This document shows, in pieces, positions 49,038 to 60,345 of a DNA stretch of 64,000 nucleotides. Source of the DNA: Penicillus capitatus (Eukaryota > Plantae > Chlorophyta); assembly GCA_965649825.1 (NCBI GenBank), contig OZ287705.1, forward strand, positions 638,990 to 702,989. The letters run 5' to 3'. Position 1 is the first letter of the stretch. Every line of letters begins with the position of its first letter. The position numbers and the translations under genes were made by a program. The notes beneath the pieces were generated by a model that searched no databases, had not been told where the DNA came from, and worked only from the letters and a program-made list of their open reading frames with translations.

Positions 49038-50791
49038 ATGAAGCTGTCCATTCTCAGCGTGTGGCTCTGCCTTCTGTTCCTTGCTCCGCGCCCGTCGACG
49101 GGCAACCGCGGTAGCGTCGTCTGTGCATCTTTGTCGGCAGCAATGTCTTGCTGCTCTGCAGACTTCTCTCCTGACGACGCATCCGGCAACTCCGTCCGTT
49201 TAAACTCTCGGCAACGCTCATTGCTTTGACCTTTTACTGAATGGCGGTTCTGTGCCACGTGAACAGAACATAGACAACACGCGCGATGGAGGTAAAGAGA
49301 CACGCGTTTGTTGTTCCGTGCGAGAGCGACTGTATCGCTTCGTAGGAATCGACAACGCCGGAACCTCCGACCGAAAGCTTGCGCAAGTAAACGCACTGCA
49401 GTTACCACGGCGGATAGTCAGCGTGGTGTTTTTGTGTAGGACGGCGTACCATCTAAGGAAGACATGATGGTAGGATGACGCGACAATAATACAACACTGC
49501 ATATCGTTGTTACTCTCTAAGGGCACTGCGCCTTCTGAGACGGATTTTGAATTCGCGTATCAATTTGAAATTGATGCGTATGACGAGCATGAGAGATACA
49601 TGGATGACGACGCCGACCGGGTTGTCGATGTTGAGGGATGGACCAAACTTCATGAGGCAGCCAAGCACGGAGACACAGAATACGTAAAGGTATGAGAGTC
49701 TGTTCGACTTCCTGCTTCGGACAGTTTCCAACGTAGAACAAGGTTGTTAAAGACGACGTAAAAATCGAATACAAGGAAGAGAATGGACAACGTACTGCAC
49801 TTCATATTGCAGTAGCGCACAGACAGACTGAAATCGTAAAGGTGTGCCGTCGACGCAAGCTTTTCTGTTTTGTGACGAATGGTCGTCGAATAGACGCTCC
49901 TTGAAAAGGGTGCAAAAGTCGATGCGGAGGACTACGACGAACGGACTCCACTTCATTTTGCAGCAGTGAAGGGATACTTGGAAATCGCAGATGTCTGTCG
50001 ACACAGCATTCTCTGTTTTGTGACGAATGGTCATTGAGTAGATGTTCCGCGAAAAGGGTGCAAACATCAAGGCGATAGACTCAGCCGAACGGACTCCGCT
50101 TCATTATGCCGCAGTAAAGGGACGCGCTGAAGTCGCAAATGTCTGTCGACGCATTATTCACTTGTTTTATGACGAATGGTTCGTCGAATAGATGCTCCTT
50201 GAAAACGGAGCAATCGTGGATGCGGTGGAAGGTGATGAACGGACTCCACTTCATCAGGCAGTAAGGTTCGGATATGTTAATGCTGTAAAGGTCCGTCGAC
50301 GCAAACTTTTCTTTTTTGTGACGAATGGTTGTCGAATAGATCCTCCTTATACACGAAGCAAACGTCACCGCTCTTGACGAACACGACTGTACTCCACTCG
50401 ATTATGCAGTAGAGTGGAACAGGTATAGAATCGTAAAGGTCTGTCGACGCAGCATTCTCTGTTTTCTGACGAATGGTTCGTCGAATAGATACTCCTTGAA
50501 AAAGGCGCGAAAGTCGATGTGACGACAGAAAAGGGATGGACTCCACTTCATGTTGCAGCGAGGAATGATTATTATAAAATCGCAAAGGTACCTGCCATGC
50601 CGGACTTGCTCGGATCATGGGTATTCTTTCTTATGGCACAGGCACTAGTTGGAAAAAAAGCATCCAAAGTGGCTAAGGACAACAAAGGTCATACTCCTCA
50701 TGACGTCGTATGTGCCGATGCAGACTTTTGTTTTAAACGATCTGCGCTCGAGAGTCTGTTGAAACCAACAGTCAAGAAAGAAAGCGAATGA
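49038..50791 (+). CDS. Ankyrin gene H: predicted secreted protein with signal peptide, micro-exons, an acidic insert, 7 ankyrin exons and a two-Cys cap
   Basis: MKLSILSVWLCLLFLAPRPSTGNR; DFSPDDASGNSVRLNS; GIDNAGTSDRKLAQ; GTAPSETDFEFAYQFEIDAYDEHERYMDDDADRVVDVEGWTKLHEAAKHGDTEYVK; repeats e.g. TLLEKGAKVDAEDYDERTPLHFAAVKGYLEIAD; cap ALVGKKASKVAKDNKGHTPHDVVCADADFCFKRSALESLLKPTVKKESE-TGA. Confidence 0.88.
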
Positions 50792-53090
50792 TCCATGACA
50801 TTTCTAGCATACTCACTCTGCTGTCTATTCTCGGTTCGTAATCCATATGTCTGCCATGTTCAAGATGTCCAGTAATCCAATTATGTTGTTGCTCTGTGAC
50901 AATAGCAACTGTCAACTTTGCATTAAGCTGTTTAATAATTGAAATGTTCTGTTGTTCTTTGCACGTCAAGGCGATCTAACGCGTCTGATGTACTGATTGC
51001 CGAAACACGCACATCAGCATCTGCTGACGTTTGATTCTCACAGCAAGGACAAACGAGGATACCGCAAAACGGTGCGATAGACGATATCTGCAGAAAGCAG
51101 AGTCAATAGAGGCCTTCTGTGGTGATGGCGATCGCCTGCGGAGAGCATTCGAGGGAGAGTGCATCGTACTCCCTTCAGTGTATACCTGTTCAGGACAATC
51201 TGCCCACGAGGTGGAACTCTATGGTTCCTACATTGAGAGACACTTGTCCGTGTGCGTTTCTCATATTTTAAAGATAATAAGTGATCGCCGAATAGCAAAA
51301 GAGACTCTGTTGTGTAGGAATTAAAACGACTGTGTGTGAATCTAAAGACAGACGTTGTATCGCGCGAGCAATGACGGTTCTTTGTCGAAGGACGGTCCAG
51401 CCTACCGCTGTCGTTGCCCAAGCTACACGAATGTATCCGTCAAAATGTGGTCCGTTCATCAAGGCGACAAGAAATCTCACCGTCGATTACGGCAACGTCG
51501 CCTAACTATAGGAGACACGGCTTTCGTTGCGACCCGTTGCGTTGATTTCTTCGATGTCCCTAATGTCTGTTAGTGTAGGCATATCTCGATCGGGCACTGC
51601 CCCGTCGCTGGCATCGACATGTGGCCAATTCATTCGACATCTCGCGCAACAACAGCGCATTGCTGACCCGCGGGGCACGACTCTCTTTATATCTCTCTAT
51701 CCCACGTCCTCCTGCTTTGTACACATACCTCAGTAGTTTCTCTTCTGCCTTTCTTCCTCATCGACGTTGAACGCGTTGCTGCGAATAGACCGATGCTGTT
51801 TCCCCATTCTTCCACGTTTCGACCCATCTTCAGTGAACGATGAGCGCGAACGCAGGACGCCTAATATTACAAGCACATTTCAAGATTTAATGGCGCAACA
51901 GATATCAGCATCCTCGTCCACTCGCATCTCTCTTTTGACAGTTCTGCAGGATTTATGGATTTCAAGAGGCTGTCTTGGCCTTCTGTCGTGTGCGTACGAA
52001 ATGTTATGTCTTCTAGAATGGGAGAAATAACTGTCGATCCTGTCCTTCGGGAAATGCCTTTCACAGTGTCCCGGTGCTGGTGTCCTGTGCAAAGTGCGAT
52101 CTAAATTTCCATCCTATTACGTCTGACGTCACTTCGGCAACGGACTCTGAAAACATCCCATATGCGGGCGGGCGATTCACAACGCCGTACGTATCCAATG
52201 CGTTGTCAAGATCACTGACAAGACTCTTTGCATGACGCGGAGTCCGTAACATCAGTCACATCACTCACTCTGCATACACAGTGGACATGTCTTGAGTCCG
52301 TGATCATGGACAGAGCAACGGCCGCCAGCGCTCAGATTCCAAACCTGGCAGAACACGTCATCTTATACATATTCAACTGCAAGGCAGATGTGAACCCTTC
52401 CGTTCCACCAGAGTGGCCGACTCCCTGTCGATGCACTCGGTTCACTGAGGTCATTCCTTCTGACCATCCAGTCACACATCATGCACCTTGACTCGTGCAG
52501 TGCCACTTTGCCTCGGTCGACATACATCTACCTTCGACCGTCCCATCATGAAATGCGTTGCGTGTGTCGAGCATTCCTTGCCATGATATGGACCCGCTCC
52601 CCCTCTTCAAGATGTCCCGTTTCTAATCCCTTTAGCGTTGGATCCCTTTTTTCACTCACACTCTCCCACTAGAGTGTGATCTCAGGACGACCTGCCCTGT
52701 CTATCCAATGCCACGTCGAATCTCGGTTCAGATGCCTTCTAGGGAACTCGCGGCAAGTTCACGAGGTTTTCACACTCCGCCGCTGGCCGAACTGGATTCG
52801 ATGATGGTGTTGCCGCGGCCGCCGCGACCCCGAAGAGTCCACTGTATCTGCGGGCCACTGCACCAAGAGCTATACGTACAAGCGCCGCAAAACGCAACTC
52901 CTACCCTCAGCGGTGTTTTACTCCAAGGCCTTCCAACGGACTAACGCGATCGTCGATATTTCTGGAAGGAAGCTGCTTCGAACGTTAGCCCGCCTACATA
53001 ATTCATCAACAGCGGCCGCGGAGCACAGGACTTTCGTCATATTACCCACGCTTCAGACTCCAACCGATAGGAACGAACTCCTGCCGGAAG

Positions 53091-56000
53091 ATGCGACTCG
53101 CCGATGCGCTCCTCTATCTCTCTGTGGTCGTGACTCTGGCGCAACCCTCATATTGCAACGAGAGGCCAGATGGGTTTTCGTCTACAGGTAACACATCGTG
53201 TTTACTTGTCGTCTCAGACACTTCTTCCGACCCCGCCCCTCGTCCAATCTCACAACGCCAACGACAAACAGCATCAACGCATTCGATGCAGTCGCCCATT
53301 TTGCGAAGCGTTGTTGTGCTGTAGGTCGGCGCCTTTCACAAACGGCAGAGATTCCGGTGTCAAACGTCGAAGAGCTGAAGCAAGCGCTGGATCATGTTCA
53401 AAGCGGACAGACTGTCGTTTTGACAGGGGACAACAAGTTCATGTTGTCCGAGAGTCTACGGATCGAACAACACGATGTGCATCTCAGAGGCGAATCTCCT
53501 GAAGTCTCCACACTGGTCTGTCCACAAGACGGCAGCATCCTTAACATCGCGTAAGTACTAGTCGGGTTCTCTCGTCCCCTCCTTCACTGTATGTGCTGTC
53601 TAGGGTGCGAAATGTCACGATTGCCTGGTTGACATTAGAAGGCTGCAGGGATCACCCAGCAGTGACGATTGAACCGGGCAATGATGACTCTCCTCGCGAG
53701 AATGTTGCCTTTGACAGGGTGACTTTTCGCAACAACTCGAATTTCGACCTCTATCAGCCAGCTGGTGGTGCTATCTCTGCTGGGGGTTGTCTGTCTAAGT
53801 GGCTGTGCATGGCCATTGTACCCCTCACTGTGATCATAAAGGACTCTGTTTTCGAAGACAACGAATCGGATATGGGCGGCGCTGTCTACGGTGAACAGTG
53901 CACTCTCAAAGTCCTCCGTTCCAATTTCATGAACAATCGAGCCAATCAGACAGGAGGAGCCATCTATGTGATGGACCCAGGATCGCAATTGGAGATATCC
54001 GACTCTCACTTTCGCAACAACACCATAACGGAAAGGAGCTCCGTTGATAAGATTCTCGGGGAGGGCGATGGCCTGATCGAGCGTGACCGTTACTTCATTT
54101 TCAAGTCGCCTAGCAATGGTGGAGGCGCCGTTGCTGTGAGCTCAGTTGAAAGGCTCAGCGTGATCGGGACAGAATTTGTGACAAACAGGGCAACGAGTGG
54201 CGGCGCTATATACGCAACGCTGGACGCTAACGATCTGACGGATTTTGAGAACGATATATTCGTCCGCGTCGAAGGTTGCCACTTTCAAGACAACCAGGCC
54301 GCGATCATCGAAGAAACTGTCTGGAGCAATACGGAGGAGAACATCGGAGGTGCCATCTACTTTGCCGCTGCCTCTGCTGCATTGAAGACCCTTGAGATCA
54401 TGCGATCGACCTTCAAGGCCAATCGTGCTGGAGCGAGTGGCGGCGCTCTTCACATCGTCACGGTGCCTCTGGTCAACATCGACATCGATGGATGTACGTT
54501 CGACGGGAACGGAGCCGAAAAAGCAGGAGGAGCGGCACTTCTTCGGAACAGTGGTGGCATCGCGCAGCGCAACACGACATGGCGGAGGAACTCAGCCGGC
54601 CTCGGCGGGGCGGTGATGCTGACAAATGGAGCGCGCTTCACTGCGAAGCCGGTGTCGGACGGCGCTGGAAACGAAGATCCCGAGACACGGAACCTGTTCG
54701 CGGAGAACTCGGCCGTGGATGGAGGAGGTCTCATGTGTGCTGGATGCGGGACCATGCTGCTGAGGAACGTGATCTTCGAGAGGAACAGGGCGAGGAGAGT
54801 GGGAGGCGGTCTCTTCGTCCTGGATTCTTCGCGGGACGTCCGCATTGAGGAGTCACGTTTCCACGACAATGTCGCGATGCACGGAGGAGGAGCGGCCCTG
54901 AGATCTGCTGCAAGTGTGACCTTCGGATCGGCGAAGTCGGAGTGGTGGAACGAGTTTCTCCGGAACAAGGCAGCTTCAGGCGGCGGCGTCTTCGTGGAGG
55001 GGAACCGACAGAAGGAGAACACGCTTCAGGTATGGCCGGTCGCTAGAGGCGATGCACCACCCATTGAACGGCTGTCTGTGCCAGATGAAACGTTGCCGCT
55101 TCGTGCAGAACCACGCGGTCGACGGCGATGACCTCAGAGCCGATCTGTCAGGACAGATCCCACCGTTCGGCAGGAAACTGAAATCGGCGTCTATCTCCGG
55201 TCTCAACAGGAGAGAATCGAGCGAGGAGGAAAGCGTGATCGCCGAGGACTCTCTCAGGCATTGCGGCAACGGAGGAGGGGGAGGGGTGTGTCTGGCCTAC
55301 GGCGCTGTTCCGGACAGCGCCATGGCAGACATCAGCACACAGGAGACGCACTTCGAAGACAACGATGCGCTGGTCGGAGGTAACGCAGGCTCACGAGAGA
55401 CGTTCTTCTTCCTCATTCCACGTCGCAGGTGGCATGTTCGTGAGCATCGTCGGCAACTGGAGCAGTGGAGACAATACAAAGTGTGAAACCAATGTCCTCG
55501 ACATCGAGCCGTGTCGGCTGTTCCACCTGTTCAACATGTCCTTCGTCAGGAACACAGCCGCCTTCGGGGCCGGCGGCCTGTTCGTCGCGGATCCGGGGCT
55601 GGTGATCGTCGGGTGCGGCCAATCGCGATCAGACGTGGCAAACTGGAAGCAGCTGAGTCAAGCGCAGATCGATAGCAGTCCACTGACGGACTGCTTCCAC
55701 TTCGAAGCTAATAGGGTTCTGGTACAGCGTCGCACGAAAAGGCACATGCCGTTGTTCTTAATGTGCCTGTCTGAAGGAGTCTGGCGGCATCTACGGCCCA
55801 GACATGGCAGGCAGGGTGGACTCGCTTCGGATCGTGGATCCAGAATCCGGCGGCATAACCGACCACAGAGGAGGCGCTAGACTGCTGCCGCCATGCAGGG
55901 ACTCTGCAGATTGCCAGGAAGATCGCGAAGATGGAATCAAGATCGAAGTCAGAGACGCCTTCAGCCAGAGAATCACTGGCGGGATTCCGGACGCAGGTTC

Positions 56001-58907
56001 GATGCACGCAAGCTGTGCGGATGCTGCCGACACCTGTTTTCTTCATTCAGGTCTCGCAGTGCTCGCCGTGTCTCCCGACATTCTCGGCGAGCAGACGTAT
56101 CGGGCGAGGAACGGGATCGTCAATGTCAACCAGACAAGAGGGGTCGGCATCAACCAGACGTCTGCCATCGAATTCCGATACCAGAGATCAGATGGAAAGC
56201 AGCTACTGGCACACCTGAACTTCACGACGAGGGAATGCGTCCCGGGCGAAGTGGAGTCGGACACTGGGTGCTCGTCATGTCCCGCAGATCGCTACTCCTT
56301 CAACACCTCATCCTTGTGCCTGGACTGCGAAGAGCACGCACAGTGCCCTGGTGGCTCTGTTCTGGTCCCTGAGGATGGCTACTGGCACTCGACACCCTTC
56401 TCTCCTCGGTTTCACGAATGCATCATCAAGGAAGCATGCGTCTATGAGAACCGAATGGATAGACTCGCAAAGTACTACGAGAATGCGACGCTTGTCCTCG
56501 AGGATCTAGAAGAACTCGATCGGTATCTCGAGGAGAAAAGGGAAGACAAGAGGACACCTCGTCCAGAGTTCGAAAGCTACCATCAGTGTGCAGAGGGTTA
56601 CAAGAGTGTTCTCTGCGGTTCGTGTGAAGACGGTTACGGTCGTTTGGATGGAGGGAAGTGCCAAAAGTGCCCTTCAGAATGGCAACTCGGACTGATACCT
56701 GCAGCGTTGAGCCTTGTCATGTCTATCACTCTCATCGGCATCCAGATCAAGACACTGTCTTTTTCACTCTCAGAAAACGCCTCAGTTGTGTCTTCTATGA
56801 CGAAAAAGGCAGATGACTGCAGACATGGAGGAGAAACATCCACCATGCGATTGTCAGACGTCTTTCCCCATGACGACCCTGCACACCACAACGGCGACGA
56901 GCCGTCCATACAGGTGGCACAGCATGCATCTCATGGTGAGATCATCTCTCAGCGTTAAGTGCCTCGGCGACATGACCGTTTCGTTGCATGTCTAGGCGAA
57001 GGAGCAAATCTTTGCAACATCTTGCACAATGGGAGGCGATTTCCCTTGAGGCGCGCCGACGCATTTCATTGTCCGTAGATCATCTGTTCATGCGGAATCC
57101 GCTCACTCTTTGCTTGCTGTTTAGTGCGGACGATACGGGAGTGGTGGTCATGGATGCCTTCTTCTTCCCAGTTCCGCGAACCGCTCGTCACAGATCACAT
57201 CAACGCCAGAGAAAAGCTAAGCGAGACACTAAAGGTTAACCGTATCTCCCTAGCCCTCTCTAATAACGCTACCTGTGCCAATACTTCAGATTTTCGTCAA
57301 CTACCTTCAAGTCACAAGCACGGCGTTGGACATCAGTGTTCCGTGGTTTGCCCCGATGCGTGGACTGCTATCTCTCCAGAGTAACAAGCTCACGCCTTTG
57401 CCAGATGCATCGAGCACCACTGGTGTTGTGCAGATCTGTTTGTCGCCTTTACCAATGGAATCGTCTTTGTGCCATTGGGATGCATGTTTGGTGGAGATGC
57501 CGCATCATCGACATCGAAATCGATTCGTGTCTTCTGGCTCCATCTTCTCTACTGTTTGGCCTCTCTGCTCATCCTCTTCCTATTCGAACGCATGTTCGAC
57601 TGCCTAAGCATCAGAGCGGAGAAGAAGAGTAACCGTCGAGACACAGTCGGCGAACACTGAGCACCGCTGTTCTAGGGACTGCCATTCCACGCGTATCGAA
57701 TTGCAGCACAGAAGAGACTCGAAGACATGTGATGCTGACCGATGGCGATGCAGCTTTGATGGAGCGTGGCTCAGTGGATGGCCAGAGCAACGACCACGGG
57801 GAGCGGCAATCCGAACGCGAAGGCTATCTGGATTTCCAGAGACAGAGAGAGCAAGCGCACAGCGATTCGATGGCGGGAGTCGTCGTTATTATTCTGGTGT
57901 TCATCTTCCAGGCCTACAGCACCGTGACCGGCGCTTTCATGGAGGCCGTCAACTGTATCGAAGTGGACGGGGACGTGGATGGAGACCAAGATCTCAAGCT
58001 CAACGAAAACGGACGCTACGCCGTAGAATCGATGTCGCGTGTGTGGATCGAAGACACCAGTCTATACTGCTTTCAAGGCGAGCATCTGGTGACAGGAATG
58101 GCAGGCGGCATTGGCCTGTGCTGTTCGCTGCTGTTCGTCATCTGGATCTCGTTGTGGATCCACGCGAATCGCACGAGGTGGCAAGATCCTGTCTTCATCA
58201 AGCGCTACGGTTTCCTCTACAGCAGCTACCGACCGAAAGGCCTAGGGCCTTACTGGGAATCGGTGGTCTTTCTCAGAAAAGGGCTGATTCAAGCTGCCGT
58301 GGCTTTTGCCATTCGCCTCGGGTCCAATCTCCAGTCCATCATTGCCCTCGGCGTCCTGCTCCTGGCCTTTGTCGCCCACTGGATCACGAAACCCTTCACG
58401 GAGTACAAAGATCATCCCAATGTGCCAAACTACTGCGCCGCCACACTTGAACGATTTCTTCCGGGGATGCTGTGCTGGACGTGGCGATCGCTGCTCGAAA
58501 CGATCTCCCTCAACGGCCTCGAAGCCGCCTCTATGTTCATGTCTATCCTGGTTTTCTACACCGGAATCGTCAGCAACGACCCAAACGTATCCGAGAGTGG
58601 CAGGAACACCATGGCCATGTGCACCTTCCTGGTCAATCTCCTCTTCATTCTCTACATGGTCCATCGACTCTTTGCTGGCACCCATCTGGCTCTGGACATG
58701 TACATCACCTACCTCATCGTCTATCGAGGATGTCCACTGGATGGCAGTGTCCCGCATACCTACGACACGCGTCGACCTGAAGACGCCGCCAACGTTTCGC
58801 TCTTTCACAAAGCCAAGTGGATTCGTGCTTACTTAACAAACTGCTATAGCAATGTAAACGAGCAAGAGGACGCACTGTATGCGTACATCCATAGAGATGA
58901 TGCCTAG
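53091..58907 (+). CDS. Giant membrane protein P3, a close paralogue of P2 in inverted orientation
   Basis: MRLADALLYLSVVVTLAQP signal; GGAIS/GGAVY/GGAIY repeats; IEVRDAFSQRITGGIPDAG; CSSCPADRYSFNTSSLCLDCEEHAQCPGGSVLVPEDGYWHSTPFSP; REKLSETLK|IFVNYLQVTS; KRYGFLYSSYRPKGLGPYWESVVFLRK; TAG at 58907. Confidence 0.87.
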
Positions 58908-59178
58908 ATGTGCACGGCCCTGAATGTGGGGAGGACTTTTGTGCAGGAGATAGATACTGCATTGATTATTTGATTTTAGCTTGGTGTCTCAATGACAACC
59001 GTATTTTTTTCAACAAGTATTGCGCTCCTATGCCAATTTGTTTATCCATGATTGTCTGTTGTCGATACGATTCGTGTAAGAAACGAAAACTGCATTTCTG
59101 GTCGTTATGGAGTGGCTGCTGTATGGTGTGCCAAGGGAAGGGCGTCTCTGATGACGACCTGTCACATCATCAGCGTCC

Positions 59179-60058
59179 ATGGCATCTCTGCATGCGACGA
59201 CCGTGCGTCCTCTGACTGTTCCGAGAAGCGTCGTCCGCCACACGTGTCGTCGACGGCCTGTCCATGTTCCTCTCTGCCTTGGCCAGGACACGGCGGAGGC
59301 CACGCGCCAACGCGACGAACTGAAATCGAATCTGACCCAACTCCTCTCTTCAGCTAACCGTGGGATCTTTGGCCTGAAGGTGCGCGATACGAGGCAATGC
59401 CATCTGCCACGGAGGCCATTCACTGCTCTCTTGGACGATCCTGTGTAGACAGCGTTGAGGACGGATGTCCTGTCATTGCTTTCCGATCTCGAAGAGATGA
59501 ATCCCACTCCTTGCCCGACGGAGCATCTGTCCCTCGTCGATGGCGAATGGTCCTTGCTCTTTAGCACGATCACGATCACGGGATCTCGAAGGACGAAGCT
59601 GGGTCTGAGGGAGTTCGTCAGTCTAGGCGAGTTCCGACAGATCATCGACGTCGAGAACGCCACAGCGGTAATGCAGATCCCACTCGTGTGCTGTGCTGCT
59701 GACGGCGGGTCCCATCGCAGGAGAATGTGATCGAGTTTCAGGTGATGGGACTTGGCAGTCTGAAGGGTCAGTTGATGGTTCATGCGTCCTTCGCTGTCAC
59801 ATCAGCTCAACGGGTCAGCATTGAACTGCTCCATGCCGATCTGGTAAGTACTGTCACGTTTTGCGTGTGAGGGGGAGGAGGATCTCTGTTCAGAAACCGG
59901 AAGCGCTGCAGAAGCTCTTCCAAGAGAATTTCGAAATGCTGTTACAGATCTTTAATCCGGCTGGATGGCTAGACATCACCTACCTCGACGAATCGCACAG
60001 AATCGGACGAGACGATAAGAACAACGTCTTCTATCTCGAGCGACGCTCAAAAGAGTGA
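59179..60058 (+). CDS. FBN5: Plastid lipid-associated protein / fibrillin, FBN5-like, with a transit peptide
   Basis: Ser/Thr/Arg-rich N-terminus [21 protein letters not shown]; NRGIFGLK; [42 protein letters not shown]; [34 protein letters not shown]. These closely follow my recollection of the plant FBN5/PAP7 sequence. Confidence 0.88.
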
Positions 60059-60345
60059 CCTCATTCTCACTCTTTCACAAACATGCTAAAGTACTAGACG
60101 TCCCATCATTGCCATACACTTGGTGTACTGGCGGACAAACGATGTCAAGAACTCCCAGCGGTCTTTTCTTCGCCTTGATGCCTATCTTGGAGATGGAGAT
60201 CCGTCACATCGAGGCGCTCGTCGCATAAGGGCGCCGATCTAAAAACAGAGAGGCGTCGCGTGGGCTTGTCCTAGCTGTCCCATCACAGGAGCCTTACCGA
60301 ATAGCAGCACATCTATTTCCACTTCGGCGTTCCATTTTACAAGAA

